Notes: a model not told the origin generated them from the letters alone. A stretch of 63,648 nt of DNA from Bacteroidota bacterium (GCA_013205405.1 JABMMZ010000099.1:1-63648), one strand, 5' to 3'; shown: positions 10,284-20,856, counted from the first letter of the stretch. Numbers and translations are program-made.

Positions 10284-10408
10284 TCAAAATGTCATTTATA
10301 AATTAGCCATTACTTCCTAATTAATATATAGGCTTGACAGTATGTCTTAGATTTTTAGAAGAGTTTCAAGTTGTTATATATTATTTAAAAAATTGGCACA
10401 ATATTGGA
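10282..10408 (+). promoter_or_regulatory. Putative sigma54-type promoter of clpC with upstream palindromic sites
   Basis: TTGGCACAATATTGGA 10393-10408 (GG-N10-GA); AGTCA-AAA-TGTCA 10282-10294; TGACA-GTA-TGTCT 10335-10347. Confidence 0.5.
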
Positions 10409-10544
10409 AGCCTTTTTGGAGTTATTCACTTATAAAACCAAATCATTTTTACTGGTTATTTTGCTTATTTGTAAACAAGCTAGAATTTATGAATTATGTT
10501 TGAATAAAATTTAAACTTTTTTAATTAAATTTGTTATATAAATA

Positions 10545-13094
10545 ATGGAAGCAAAATTTTCACCCCGAGTAAAGGAAGTTATTCAATTTAGCCGCGAGGA
10601 AGCTATTCGCCTAGGGCACGACTACATAGGAACCGAACACTTATTATTAGGTATTATTCGCGAAGGCGAAGGTATAGCCTTATCTAATCTTAGAAATTTA
10701 GATATAGATATTATAAGATTAAAAAAATCTATTGAAGATACTATCAGATCAACAGCTACTACCATCAGTAATTTGGGTAATATTCCCTTAACCAAACAAG
10801 CTGAAAAAGCCCTAAAAATTACTTATTTAGAAGCCAAAATATTTAAGACAGAAACTATAGGAACTGAGCATTTATTGCTTTCTATATTGAGAGATGAGGA
10901 CAATATTGCTTCGCAAATTTTAGGTCAATATGGTATTACTTACGAGTTTTTTAAGCAAAATTTATTGGATGGTAGTTCTTCAGAACCATCTAAAGATAGA
11001 AATCCTTTTAACTCAGCAGAAGATGAAGGAGCTGAGCCTTCTGAGGACAAAAAAATTGAGGAAATAAAAAAGAAAAATCCTAAATCTACAACCCCAGTAT
11101 TGGATAATTTTGGAAGAGATTTAACCAAAATTGCCGAAGATGGTAAGTTAGATCCAATAGTTGGTCGCGATAAAGAAATAGAACGTGTTTCTCAAATTTT
11201 AAGCAGAAGAAAAAAGAATAATCCTATTTTGATAGGTGAACCTGGTGTGGGTAAAACCGCTATTGCCGAAGGTTTAGCTTTAAGAATTATTCAAAGAAAA
11301 GTGTCACGTGTTTTATTTAATAAACGCGTGGTTACTTTAGATTTAGCATCTCTAGTAGCTGGTACCAAATACCGAGGACAATTTGAGGAGCGCATGAAAG
11401 CCATAATGACTGAACTTGAAAAAGCCGATGATGTTATTTTATTTATAGATGAAATACATACTATTGTGGGTGCCGGAGGTGCAAGTGGTAGCCTAGATGC
11501 TAGTAATATGTTTAAACCTGCATTGGCACGTGGCGAAGTGCAGTGCATTGGTGCAACAACTTTAGATGAATACCGTCAATATATTGAAAAAGATGGTGCT
11601 TTAGAAAGACGTTTTCAAATGGTAATTATTGAGCCAGCGTCTCCTGAAGAATCTATTGAAATATTACAAAATATTAAAGATAAATACGAAGACCATCATA
11701 ATGTAACTTACACACCCGAAGCTATTGAAGCTTGTGTGAAAATGAGTAACCGTTATATTACAGATAGAAATCTTCCGGATAAGGCTATAGATGTAATGGA
11801 TGAAGTAGGTGCAAGAGTGCATATTACCAATATCAATGTGCCACAAGAAATAGTAGAATTTGAAGAGCAAATAGAAGCTATAAAAGTAGAAAAAATAGCA
11901 GTTGTTAAAAGTCAGAAATATGAAGAGGCGGCTAAATTGAGAGATAGAGAGAAAAATTTAATCAATCAATTAGATGCTGCTAAATTGAAATGGGAAGAGG
12001 AAACTGGCAACAACCGTTTTACCGTAACGGAGGAAAATGTGGCTGAAGTAATTGCCATGATGACTGGTATTCCTGTAAAACGCATAGGACAAAGTGAGAG
12101 TAAAAAACTGCTTACTATGGAAGACGATTTGAAAAAACGTGTAATTGGACAAGATAAAGCCATTGCCAAACTTTCGCGAGCTATTCAAAGAACACGTGCT
12201 GGTTTAAAAGACCCAAACAAACCTATTGGTTCATTTATTTTCTTAGGTTCTACAGGTGTTGGTAAAACAGAGTTGGCAAAAGCTTTGAGTGAATATATGT
12301 TTGATAACAATGAATCGCTTATAAGAATAGATATGAGTGAGTATATGGAGAAATTTGCTGTTACCCGTTTGGTAGGAGCGCCTCCAGGATATGTTGGGTA
12401 TGAGGAAGGTGGAATTTTAACCGAGAAAGTACGTAGAAAACCTTATGCTGTTGTTCTATTTGATGAGGTAGAAAAAGCGCATCCAGATGTTTTTAATATC
12501 ATGTTACAAATACTAGATGAAGGTAATATAACTGATAGTTTGGGCAGAAAAGTAGATTTTAGAAATACCGTTATTATTATGACCAGTAATATTGGTTCTA
12601 GACAATTGAAAGAATTTGGCACTGGTGTTGGATTTAGCACAGGTACTAAGGTTGAGAACAAAGAAAATGACAGTAAACAAGTGATTGAAAATGCTTTGAA
12701 AAAATATTTTTCACCTGAGTTTTTAAATAGAATAGACGATGTTATTGTATTTAACAGTCTAGAAAAACCAGAATTGATAAAAATATTAGATATTCAAATT
12801 GATAAAATGTTGAAACGTATTAAAGATATTGGTTATAGCATTAAATTAACAGATGAAGCGAAAGAATTTATAGCAGATAAAGGTTTTGACATTGCCTTTG
12901 GTGCTCGCCCATTGCAAAGGGCTATACAAAAATATTTGGAAGACCCATTGGCCGAAGAAATACTAAAAGGCGAAGTGATAGAAGGCAAAGAAGTATTGGT
13001 AGAGTTAGACAAAGAAAACAATATTCTGAAAGTAAACGCTGCCAAACCTGACGCGCCTGTAAAAAAAGGACGTAAAGTAAAAACGGACGAATAG
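10545..13094 (+). CDS. clpC: ATP-dependent Clp protease ATP-binding subunit ClpC
   Basis: Clp N repeats, two Walker A motifs (GEPGVGKT, GSTGVGKT), UVR domain, VGF loop. Confidence 0.95.
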   Translation: MEAKFSPRVKEVIQFSREEAIRLGHDYIGTEHLLLGIIREGEGIALSNLRNLDIDIIRLKKSIEDTIRSTATTISNLGNIPLTKQAEKALKITYLEAKIFKTETIGTEHLLLSILRDEDNIASQILGQYGITYEFFKQNLLDGSSSEPSKDRNPFNSAEDEGAEPSEDKKIEEIKKKNPKSTTPVLDNFGRDLTKIAEDGKLDPIVGRDKEIERVSQILSRRKKNNPILIGEPGVGKTAIAEGLALRIIQRKVSRVLFNKRVVTLDLASLVAGTKYRGQFEERMKAIMTELEKADDVILFIDEIHTIVGAGGASGSLDASNMFKPALARGEVQCIGATTLDEYRQYIEKDGALERRFQMVIIEPASPEESIEILQNIKDKYEDHHNVTYTPEAIEACVKMSNRYITDRNLPDKAIDVMDEVGARVHITNINVPQEIVEFEEQIEAIKVEKIAVVKSQKYEEAAKLRDREKNLINQLDAAKLKWEEETGNNRFTVTEENVAEVIAMMTGIPVKRIGQSESKKLLTMEDDLKKRVIGQDKAIAKLSRAIQRTRAGLKDPNKPIGSFIFLGSTGVGKTELAKALSEYMFDNNESLIRIDMSEYMEKFAVTRLVGAPPGYVGYEEGGILTEKVRRKPYAVVLFDEVEKAHPDVFNIMLQILDEGNITDSLGRKVDFRNTVIIMTSNIGSRQLKEFGTGVGFSTGTKVENKENDSKQVIENALKKYFSPEFLNRIDDVIVFNSLEKPELIKILDIQIDKMLKRIKDIGYSIKLTDEAKEFIADKGFDIAFGARPLQRAIQKYLEDPLAEEILKGEVIEGKEVLVELDKENNILKVNAAKPDAPVKKGRKVKTDE

Positions 13095-13112
13095 TCTAAT
13101 TTTTATAGAATT

Positions 13113-14132
13113 TTATTTATGCCAAATTCTTTGCCACAATTGGTTAAAAGAGGCACCCATTTTTCCTTCTTTAAAACTCGGTTTAATGGCAGTTACTTTA
13201 TACCCTGTTTGAGTCTTAGTTAATTCGTAATAAAACCTAAAGGTTTGGGTAGGCGCTGTTTGGTACATATCCATACGTCCCCATTTGGTGATATAAAAAT
13301 TAATGGTTGTACTATCCTTTTGTTCAAGTAAATACTGCCCCTGACTAAACCATTTGAGTTTATCCAACTCATAACCCTGAAAGCTTTTTTCTAATTGTAA
13401 GTTGCGCTTAAAACTAATAAAATCGATGGTTTTATTGTCTTGAAACAATGAATATTCTGCAAATGTTATAGTAGAATCTGTGCTTGCCATTCCGCTCCAT
13501 AATACACTATTTAAAATGGTAGGCGAAGTACTTAAATTATTGTAGGCAATACCTTGTTGTTTTAGTTGTGTACTTACTGTTTGGTGTATATGATATTTTA
13601 TTCCAAAGGTAAGTAACATATATCCAGTGCTTATATATATTGAACGCCAAGCCCATTTTAAGCGTTTAGGTTTATCTCTTTTTATGCATAAACAATATAT
13701 TAAAATACCCATAAAAGGTAAGGTATATAAAGGATCGATAACAGAAATATTATTAAACCCAACAATATAATCTGAAAAAGGTAAAAATAATTGGGTGCCA
13801 TAAGTAGTAAAACTATCTAGAATGGCATGGGTACTTAAACCTAAAAACCACAGCCAATACCAACTTTTATATTCTACTTTCTTTTTAAAAATTAAAAAAG
13901 TAAGCCAAGCCAGTAGAAAAGAGATAATAAAATGGGTAAACAGGGCGTGCGAGTAACTTCTGTGAATAATAATTTCTGCTAAATCATTTTCTTGAGACAT
14001 GGTTACAAAAACATCCAAATCGGGTAAAGTGCCTGCAATAGCGCCTATTAATTGAGCCTTGTTGCCAATTTTTTTGCCTAGCGTTACCTCTCCTACCGCA
14101 GCACCTAATACTATTTGTGTTAGTGAATCCAT
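13113..14132 (-). CDS. Membrane metal-dependent hydrolase (YdjM-like)
   Basis: MDSLTQ, LPDLD, HRSYSH, THAILD..T.YG. Confidence 0.88.
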   Translation of the reverse strand: MDSLTQIVLGAAVGEVTLGKKIGNKAQLIGAIAGTLPDLDVFVTMSQENDLAEIIIHRSYSHALFTHFIISFLLAWLTFLIFKKKVEYKSWYWLWFLGLSTHAILDSFTTYGTQLFLPFSDYIVGFNNISVIDPLYTLPFMGILIYCLCIKRDKPKRLKWAWRSIYISTGYMLLTFGIKYHIHQTVSTQLKQQGIAYNNLSTSPTILNSVLWSGMASTDSTITFAEYSLFQDNKTIDFISFKRNLQLEKSFQGYELDKLKWFSQGQYLLEQKDSTTINFYITKWGRMDMYQTAPTQTFRFYYELTKTQTGYKVTAIKPSFKEGKMGASFNQLWQRIWHK

Positions 14133-14185
14133 TTTGTTAATTTTATAACAAACTAAATGTATTACTTTGTATTTTCAAATATCTT

Positions 14186-15286
14186 TTATTTATTTTGGAC
14201 TAATCGGCCTTTCCATTCTATGGTATTAAATTTGGCATATAACAATACTCTAAAGATATAGAGTTGATAAAAGGGCATCCATAAAATTAAACTTAGTTTG
14301 AAATTGAATATTTGTTTCAATTTTAAGCCATATAAAATATCAATGCCATATTTTAAAACGATGCATAATAATGCTAGATAATTGAATGAAAATACACACC
14401 ATATTATTAATAGATAGAAAGACATTAAATGAAAAAATATCAATAGTTGTAAATACTGATTGTATTTAAAAATGTAAAAGCTGCGTTTGGCAAGCCATCG
14501 ACTCCTTTGTTTTAAAAACTCAGTAAATGACATATTAGCACTAGCAGTTACCATCGCATTTTTATTCATCGTATACTTTACTTTTTTGTTATCTAATTTA
14601 TAGAATGTGTGCATGAGCAAATCATCATCGCCTGTTGCAATATTTTGATGAGAGGTATAACCGCCTATTTGTTCAAAAATTAATTTATTAAATATTAAGT
14701 TAGCACCATTGCAAGTAGCAGGCATTTGGGCATTCAACATAGCAGCACTTATGCCCACGATAGCGGCACTTTCTGCCTGTTGTAATTTTGTAAATATAGA
14801 ATTTAGTGCTTTAAACTGTATAGGACCGCATAACATATTCAGTTGATGCTCCTCAAAATCATTCACCATAGATAACACCCAATCTCGATGAAAAACACAA
14901 TCTGCATCCGTAGTTATTATAATATTATTTTGAGCCTTTTGTATACCCAATGTCAAAGCGCCCTTTTTTCCCGCTTCCTTATTATCTAAAATAATTAAGT
15001 TTACAATATCTTTATATTTTAGTGCTTCAGTTACCGTATTGTCTTCAGAATAATCGTTTACTACAATTACTTCTATATTACTTTTGGGATAAGATTGTAA
15101 ACTAATAGATTTTAAAGATAAACCAATGTTTTTGGACTCATTTCTACAAGGTATAATAATTGAAATTTTTTGATTAACAATTGGCTCATTAATGCTAATA
15201 TCAGGCGTTACTTTAAGGGCAATAAAACATATATAAATGCAGTAAATTAAAACAATAGCAGCAGCAAAATATAATCCTATTATCAT
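14186..15286 (-). CDS. Family 2 glycosyltransferase
   Basis: IIPCRNE, DYSEDNT, TDAD, GDD, QRSRW. Confidence 0.92.
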   Translation of the reverse strand: MIIGLYFAAAIVLIYCIYICFIALKVTPDISINEPIVNQKISIIIPCRNESKNIGLSLKSISLQSYPKSNIEVIVVNDYSEDNTVTEALKYKDIVNLIILDNKEAGKKGALTLGIQKAQNNIIITTDADCVFHRDWVLSMVNDFEEHQLNMLCGPIQFKALNSIFTKLQQAESAAIVGISAAMLNAQMPATCNGANLIFNKLIFEQIGGYTSHQNIATGDDDLLMHTFYKLDNKKVKYTMNKNAMVTASANMSFTEFLKQRSRWLAKRSFYIFKYNQYLQLLIFFHLMSFYLLIIWCVFSFNYLALLCIVLKYGIDILYGLKLKQIFNFKLSLILWMPFYQLYIFRVLLYAKFNTIEWKGRLVQNK

Positions 15287-16245
15287 GAGCGCTTTAGTTT
15301 AGCAAAAATTATAAATAAAGTGCCAATTATCATAGGCAATACCACATTAAAAATATAAACTATAATACCTGGTAAATACTCAAATCCAAGGGTTGATAAT
15401 GCGCCATTTAATGTAAATATCACTAATGGTACCGTTAGCCGAATAGCAATATCAGTAAGTATAAAATTGGGCGTTACTGTTTGCATAAAAAAAATACAAC
15501 TTACGGCTAAGATATGAAATACGAATGGTGCATGATTACTCAAACCTAATTGCCATGCAAATAAGCTATATGGCAATAGAAATGAGAGATATCGCACCAA
15601 TGATATTGTTAATACACATAACAAATCTTTTCTGTTAGTGAGTTTTAAAGCAGTTTCTAATTTAGAGGTAACCAGATATTTTTTTGTAAAATTGAAATAT
15701 GGCAAAAACCAATATAAAAAAAAACCAATAACTATTAATAAGCCTAATGAAATTGCAAAATGCTGAGCATAAGGTATAGGTTTTAGAATTAAAAAACTTA
15801 TAAAACCCAAAACCAAAGTAATTAACAATTGGCTATAGCTACCCACTACTGATAAAAGACCGGCATTCCATTTATTTTTATCTTTTACATATACCAATCT
15901 TCCTAAATATTCGCCCATTTTATATGGCAATAGTTGAGAAACTGCAACACCTGATAATACCGAAACAAAAGCTTGCTTAAAACTTAAAGGATTAAATTTC
16001 TTTAACAGAATTTGCCATTTATAAGTTTCTAAACTCCAATTAATAAGTGATGAAACAACTAGTAATAAATACCAAAACACTGAGATGCTTTTAAGTTGAG
16101 ATACAAAATCTGAAAAAGAAAAAGCGGTGTTTTTATAGAATTTTTTATAGAGCAATAAGCAAATAAATAAAGGCAATATCCATTGCATTACTTTTAAAAA
16201 AGTACGCCATAATGATTTATCTTGTATCTTTGTTTTGTTTTGCAA
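15283..16245 (-). CDS. Lysylphosphatidylglycerol synthase transmembrane-domain (flippase-like) protein
   Basis: Multi-TM; NWSLETYKW and P.KMGEYLGR motifs; overlaps the GT2 start. Confidence 0.8.
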   Translation of the reverse strand: MQNKTKIQDKSLWRTFLKVMQWILPLFICLLLYKKFYKNTAFSFSDFVSQLKSISVFWYLLLVVSSLINWSLETYKWQILLKKFNPLSFKQAFVSVLSGVAVSQLLPYKMGEYLGRLVYVKDKNKWNAGLLSVVGSYSQLLITLVLGFISFLILKPIPYAQHFAISLGLLIVIGFFLYWFLPYFNFTKKYLVTSKLETALKLTNRKDLLCVLTISLVRYLSFLLPYSLFAWQLGLSNHAPFVFHILAVSCIFFMQTVTPNFILTDIAIRLTVPLVIFTLNGALSTLGFEYLPGIIVYIFNVVLPMIIGTLFIIFAKLKRS

Positions 16246-16827
16246 AGGTTAGAAATTAGTAATTTTGATAAAATTGTATTGGGAATAGATCCCGGGACAA
16301 ATATAATGGGTTATGGTGTAGTTGGCGTAAATGGTAAGCAACAAACTTTAATTAGTATTGGTATTATAAGATTAGATAAACTAGAAGACCATGCCATTAA
16401 ATTAAAACATATTTTTGAGCGTGTAACAGGTATTATAGATAGCTACAAGCCAGACGAAATGGCAGTAGAAGCCCCTTTTTTTGGTAAAAATGTTCAAAGT
16501 ATGCTCAAGTTAGGCAGAGCACAAGGGGTGGCTATAGCTGCTGCGCTAATGCGTGAAATACCCATATTTGAATACTCTCCCCGAAAAATAAAACAAAGTG
16601 TAACAGGCAATGGTAATGCCACTAAAGAACAAGTTGCCAATATGCTACAAACACTATTAAAGTTTGACGAAATGCCTAAAAATTTGGATGCTACAGATGC
16701 CTTAGGTGCCGCTATGTGCCATGTATTTCAGAATAATGCACCTCGTGGGTTTGGTTTAAAAACGGCTAAAAAAGTGGGAAGTGGTTGGGAGAAATTTGTA
16801 ACTGAGAACAAGGAGAGGGTGAAGTAG
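16240..16827 (+). CDS. ruvC: Crossover junction endodeoxyribonuclease RuvC
   Basis: LGIDPG, AVEAPF, KQSVTGNG.ATKEQV, DATDAL; TTG start at 16240 inferred. Confidence 0.96.
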   Translation: MQRLEISNFDKIVLGIDPGTNIMGYGVVGVNGKQQTLISIGIIRLDKLEDHAIKLKHIFERVTGIIDSYKPDEMAVEAPFFGKNVQSMLKLGRAQGVAIAAALMREIPIFEYSPRKIKQSVTGNGNATKEQVANMLQTLLKFDEMPKNLDATDALGAAMCHVFQNNAPRGFGLKTAKKVGSGWEKFVTENKERVK

Positions 16828-16851
16828 GAAATTGGCTTTCAATATGAAGTA

Positions 16852-17655
16852 CTATGGGTTATCTTTCTTTTCCTTATTCATTTGAGGAAAATTAAAGAAA
16901 TAAGAACTGGCTAATGGCAATAAAAAAACGGTTATGGTAATTACCGAAAAACCGTATTTATTCCAAAAATTTTCATCGGCAAGCGTATGTTTGTGCGGCA
17001 CAAAATAACTGTAAACCAATTTAGTACCTAATAATAAAATAACGATAAAAGCAGAAGTATCTAAAAAAGGAAAAAGGGCTAGTAACTTTACAAAATATTG
17101 GGCTACTATACGCATGGTGATAATTCCAATAAATACACCAATACATACAATAATTATATTATTAGACAAGGCACCTGCCGCTAATACATTGTCTAAAGAA
17201 AATACCAAATCCATAGCTTCTACCATTACCACGGTGCTCCAAAACAAACTTAACCCAAATAACCGTTTGCCAGGTTTAATATCTTTTATTTCTTCATTTA
17301 CATTCTCTGCAATAGTTTTATGGGTTTTCCATTTTTCATAAAAAAACTTAACCCCTAAAAATAATAAATAACTTCCGCCTACTAACTTTACCCAATCTAT
17401 ACTTAGCAAATAACCCGCTAGCAATAAAGCAACGCCCCTAAAAATATAAGCAAATATAATTCCTATTCGCAAGGCTCTTGATCTTTCTTTTTCAGGTAAA
17501 TTCATTACCATGGTGGCTAATACAGCTGCGTTATCAATGGATAATAAACTTTCGATTATTACTAAATTAGCAATCAACAATAAACTTGCAGAGGGGTTAT
17601 TTATTATGTCTTGCCACAGGATCCCAAATGTATTTAATACTATAATAGTCATCAT
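16852..17655 (-). CDS. TerC-family integral membrane protein
   Basis: ESLLSIDNA and MDLVFSLDNVLA. Confidence 0.9.
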   Translation of the reverse strand: MMTIIVLNTFGILWQDIINNPSASLLLIANLVIIESLLSIDNAAVLATMVMNLPEKERSRALRIGIIFAYIFRGVALLLAGYLLSIDWVKLVGGSYLLFLGVKFFYEKWKTHKTIAENVNEEIKDIKPGKRLFGLSLFWSTVVMVEAMDLVFSLDNVLAAGALSNNIIIVCIGVFIGIITMRIVAQYFVKLLALFPFLDTSAFIVILLLGTKLVYSYFVPHKHTLADENFWNKYGFSVITITVFLLPLASSYFFNFPQMNKEKKDNP

Positions 17656-18860
17656 TTTAAATTTAATTTTTTTCTAATCTTTCCACTTTTTTCTATTAAA
17701 AACCAAATGCCATTGGTTTTGCCCTTTCCTACAAAACAATTAGCCGTTTCTTCTATCGTTAAATTGCTAAATCTATCTACCATTTTTTCGGCCAACTCTA
17801 GTTCATCAAATTCTAATAAACGCACTCTTTCGCCAATTGAATTGATAGCCGTTGTGGTATAATTACCCTGAAGTTTAATATCGCCTTTGTACAATGTGGC
17901 TATACCATTTTTAAAGGTAGTGGCTTTGTTATTCTGTTTATTGCAACTATGTAAGCCTGTTTTAATTTTTAAACGCCCTATAGTATCTATGTACACTATT
18001 TGACTATCTATACTTACTGCCGCCAACCCCTCAGAAAACTCTGGTTCAAAAGCACAGGGTAATGTAAATTCTGAACTAATTTTAACATTAAAGAGTGTAT
18101 CTACAAATACAAATTTTCCACAATACAATGTATCTTCTGATGCCATATTTTCAATTTGATATTCGCCACAGCTATAATACAATAACACTCTATTGTTTTT
18201 ATGAGAATATTTTTTTAATAACATCAAAGCATCAACTTCTTTTAAATGGTATTTATTCTTGGCTCTAACTAGGGGTAAATCAAACACTGGCTTATCTATT
18301 GGTTTAGTTGTATTGGAGACAATAAAAGGTTTATTTTTAGGTTTTACATATATCAATACTTTCTCCTTTATGCGTTTGCCTTGTTTATCTATGTAATAAA
18401 TATCGTAAAAATTCTTAACTGCGCCATTCCCTTTATAAATTTTCGCTTTGCCTTTATTAAATGGTATTATTTTATTTTTGTGAGGGGAGCACGAAGACAG
18501 CTTTGTATTTATTTTTATAGCACCATTTGTATCTATAAATACCAATTCATTTTTAATATTTACGGCACATAAACTCTCGCCAAATTTTGGTTCAAAGTTG
18601 CAGGGTAATTGAAAAATTGGTTTAATTTTTACGTCAAAATTTTTGTTTACAAATACATATTTGCCGCACATGCTAGTATCTGTTTGCTTATAATTCTGAC
18701 TATAAAAAGGATCGCAATAAAATGGTATACAAATTAAATTTTCACTAAAATGATACTTTGAAATATAGGCCACTTTCAACATGCTATCTAAGTATAGTTT
18801 TGTTTGCGCTTTAATACCTATCGTAATAAACAAAAGAAATAAAATGCTATTTTTTTTCAA
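17652..18860 (-). CDS. Exported WG-repeat-like protein with an internal duplication
   Basis: Signal peptide; FSEGLAAV....YID..G repeats; two homologous Cys-containing halves. Confidence 0.7.
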   Translation of the reverse strand: MKKNSILFLLFITIGIKAQTKLYLDSMLKVAYISKYHFSENLICIPFYCDPFYSQNYKQTDTSMCGKYVFVNKNFDVKIKPIFQLPCNFEPKFGESLCAVNIKNELVFIDTNGAIKINTKLSSCSPHKNKIIPFNKGKAKIYKGNGAVKNFYDIYYIDKQGKRIKEKVLIYVKPKNKPFIVSNTTKPIDKPVFDLPLVRAKNKYHLKEVDALMLLKKYSHKNNRVLLYYSCGEYQIENMASEDTLYCGKFVFVDTLFNVKISSEFTLPCAFEPEFSEGLAAVSIDSQIVYIDTIGRLKIKTGLHSCNKQNNKATTFKNGIATLYKGDIKLQGNYTTTAINSIGERVRLLEFDELELAEKMVDRFSNLTIEETANCFVGKGKTNGIWFLIEKSGKIRKKLNLK

Positions 18861-19261
18861 GGCAAAAATTTTTGTTTAAGTTCTAGAGTTGGTAGCCAAC
18901 ACTCGTTTTTTTTACCAAACCATTTATATCTATTTTTACCAACCCAATCATACACTATATTTCTAAAAAAATTAGGAATTATAATGAAGCTATATGCCAG
19001 AAATAATGGGAATTTTAATTTTTTAGCTATTTGTAAAGCAGCTCTACTTTTAATAAAAATTTCGCCATTATCATATAGAATTATTGAATCTATTTGGCTG
19101 TTTTTTTGTCTAAATTCTGTTAAATATTGAGTAGCCGTTGCTCCCTGTAGCGAAGCAAATAGAAAAGAGTTATGAGCATCATATTTTATAATAGTTTGGA
19201 CAGAACTGCTGCATAAATTGCATAAACCATCAAAAAAAACAATAGGCTTATTTTCTATCAT
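18857..19261 (-). CDS. DCC-family thiol-disulfide oxidoreductase (DUF393)
   Basis: FDGLCNLC, FASLQ, YD.V..NRYKWFG. Confidence 0.92.
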   Translation of the reverse strand: MIENKPIVFFDGLCNLCSSSVQTIIKYDAHNSFLFASLQGATATQYLTEFRQKNSQIDSIILYDNGEIFIKSRAALQIAKKLKFPLFLAYSFIIIPNFFRNIVYDWVGKNRYKWFGKKNECWLPTLELKQKFLP

Positions 19262-19732
19262 TTAAAAAATTGGGTTACCTTCTTTTACCTTCACGCCAAT
19301 GCTTTGCATCCCATTAATAACACTATCTCTCATATTCTGTTCAATAGCTATAAAAAAGACACCAGATTTATTGGCTTTAAATTCTTTAATTAATGGCAAC
19401 TCGTAAGTTACAGAATTCCCGCTAATGTTGCCTGTAGGTTTGCCTGTTATATCTGCTAAAGTAAAGTTGATACGCTGACTTGTTATTTTGCCATCAGGAT
19501 CTTTAATATGAGTCAATAGGTATAAGTTTTCAAAAGGATAATTTTTAAAAACTTTAAGTTTTAAGTCTATTTCATGATAAATACCTGCATTGTTTACTGT
19601 AAATTTAAAATCAGGTATTTGATTATAACCCCATTTAGCATCAGGTATATCGCGCATTTCATTTGTAATTACGGCACTATCTGAACATGAATTTAAAAGG
19701 AATAAAAATAAAATAAATATTATTTTTTGCAT
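19262..19732 (-). CDS. gldH: Gliding motility lipoprotein GldH
   Basis: Lipobox LNSC, YPFENLYL, LAD..G, IEQNMR, G..SIG. Confidence 0.85.
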   Translation of the reverse strand: MQKIIFILFLFLLNSCSDSAVITNEMRDIPDAKWGYNQIPDFKFTVNNAGIYHEIDLKLKVFKNYPFENLYLLTHIKDPDGKITSQRINFTLADITGKPTGNISGNSVTYELPLIKEFKANKSGVFFIAIEQNMRDSVINGMQSIGVKVKEGNPIF

Positions 19733-19770
19733 TGCACAAATTTAGGAACTTATTTAAAAAAACGAACGTC

Positions 19771-20157
19771 TTATTTAAAAAATTCTTTTTTAAAGTGTCT
19801 GTTTGGAGACATAAAATGTAACAAGGCAATTCTTGAATACCGAAATGAAAAAGGCGTAATAACAGCCATTACTCCAATTAGTGCTAATACTAAATTACTA
19901 AAAACCCAATCATTATTTATACCAAATAAGCCAAATATTATCATAATTCCGGCACTAAAAACATAGCTTATATACATGGCTCCCCAAAAAAATCCAGTTT
20001 CGTGTTCAAAATATAAATTACAATGTGGGCAGTTTAAATTGGTTTTAGAAAATTTAAAAATATCTGAAATTGCATAAGTGAACACATTGCCTTTTCTACA
20101 ACGTGGGCATTTACAAGCCAAAATACTGCTTAACTTAGAAGGAATATTATCAGACAT
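19771..20157 (-). CDS. DUF983 family protein
   Basis: CKCPRC..G, CPHC, E.GFFWGAMYISY, RYSR. Confidence 0.88.
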   Translation of the reverse strand: MSDNIPSKLSSILACKCPRCRKGNVFTYAISDIFKFSKTNLNCPHCNLYFEHETGFFWGAMYISYVFSAGIMIIFGLFGINNDWVFSNLVLALIGVMAVITPFSFRYSRIALLHFMSPNRHFKKEFFK

Positions 20158-20425
20158 TTTGAAGTGAATTTTTTTTGTAATAACGGTAAAACATTATACC
20201 TACAATAGTAATAATAATGTATACTGAGCCTAACAGAATAAAAATTCCATAATTTAAACCCATGCCTACACTTTTACCATTGGCTCTTTGACTGCTTTCT
20301 ACACTTGCTTTACACATTGGGCATTGTGCAATAGTTAGTGCGTAAGTAATTAAAAATAAAAGAGTTGTAACTAATAATTTTTTATTCAGAAAAAAGACTA
20401 AAATATTTTTTGTAAAAAGCTTCAT
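20150..20425 (-). CDS. Small membrane protein with AQCxMC motif
   Basis: AQCPMCKASVES..GLNYGI followed by a TM helix. Confidence 0.75.
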   Translation of the reverse strand: MKLFTKNILVFFLNKKLLVTTLLFLITYALTIAQCPMCKASVESSQRANGKSVGMGLNYGIFILLGSVYIIITIVGIMFYRYYKKNSLQNV

Positions 20426-20472
20426 AATTACTGTTAAAAAGTACTTCAAATTTACAATTAAAATATGGGAAT

Positions 20473-20856
20473 TTACAAGGGTGGGTAAGGAATTTTTTGA
20501 GAAATAATGATCGCAGTTTGATACTTATCTTTTATTTGATTAAAAAGCTCCATACACTCTAATTTGGTTTTAAATAAACCAACATATACTTTAAAGTTTG
20601 GCTCTTCCCATACTACTTCGCTATAATCGCTAAATTCTGACGCAAACAGAGCATTTTGTGCATCTGCAGCCGTTTTATTATCGCCTCTAAATATTAAAAT
20701 AGTATAACCTTGAATTTTAGTATCTGGATGCTTTCTTGTACCTGATCTGCCGAATATCAAACCACTTAATCCCTCAGGTTTGGTTATATTTACTTGGGCT
20801 TTTAGGTCTATAAAACCTAAAATTAAAGCCGTTATTAAAATTATTTTTTTATTCAT
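20473..20856 (-). CDS. SPOR-domain protein
   Basis: Signal peptide; GYTILIF, PNFKVYVG.F.TKLE. Confidence 0.8.
   Translation of the reverse strand: MNKKIILITALILGFIDLKAQVNITKPEGLSGLIFGRSGTRKHPDTKIQGYTILIFRGDNKTAADAQNALFASEFSDYSEVVWEEPNFKVYVGLFKTKLECMELFNQIKDKYQTAIIISQKIPYPPL

Noticed and set aside
10128-10544. Possible oriC between dnaB and clpC
   Set aside because: Only two or three imperfect DnaA boxes and no clear unwinding element; better explained as promoters
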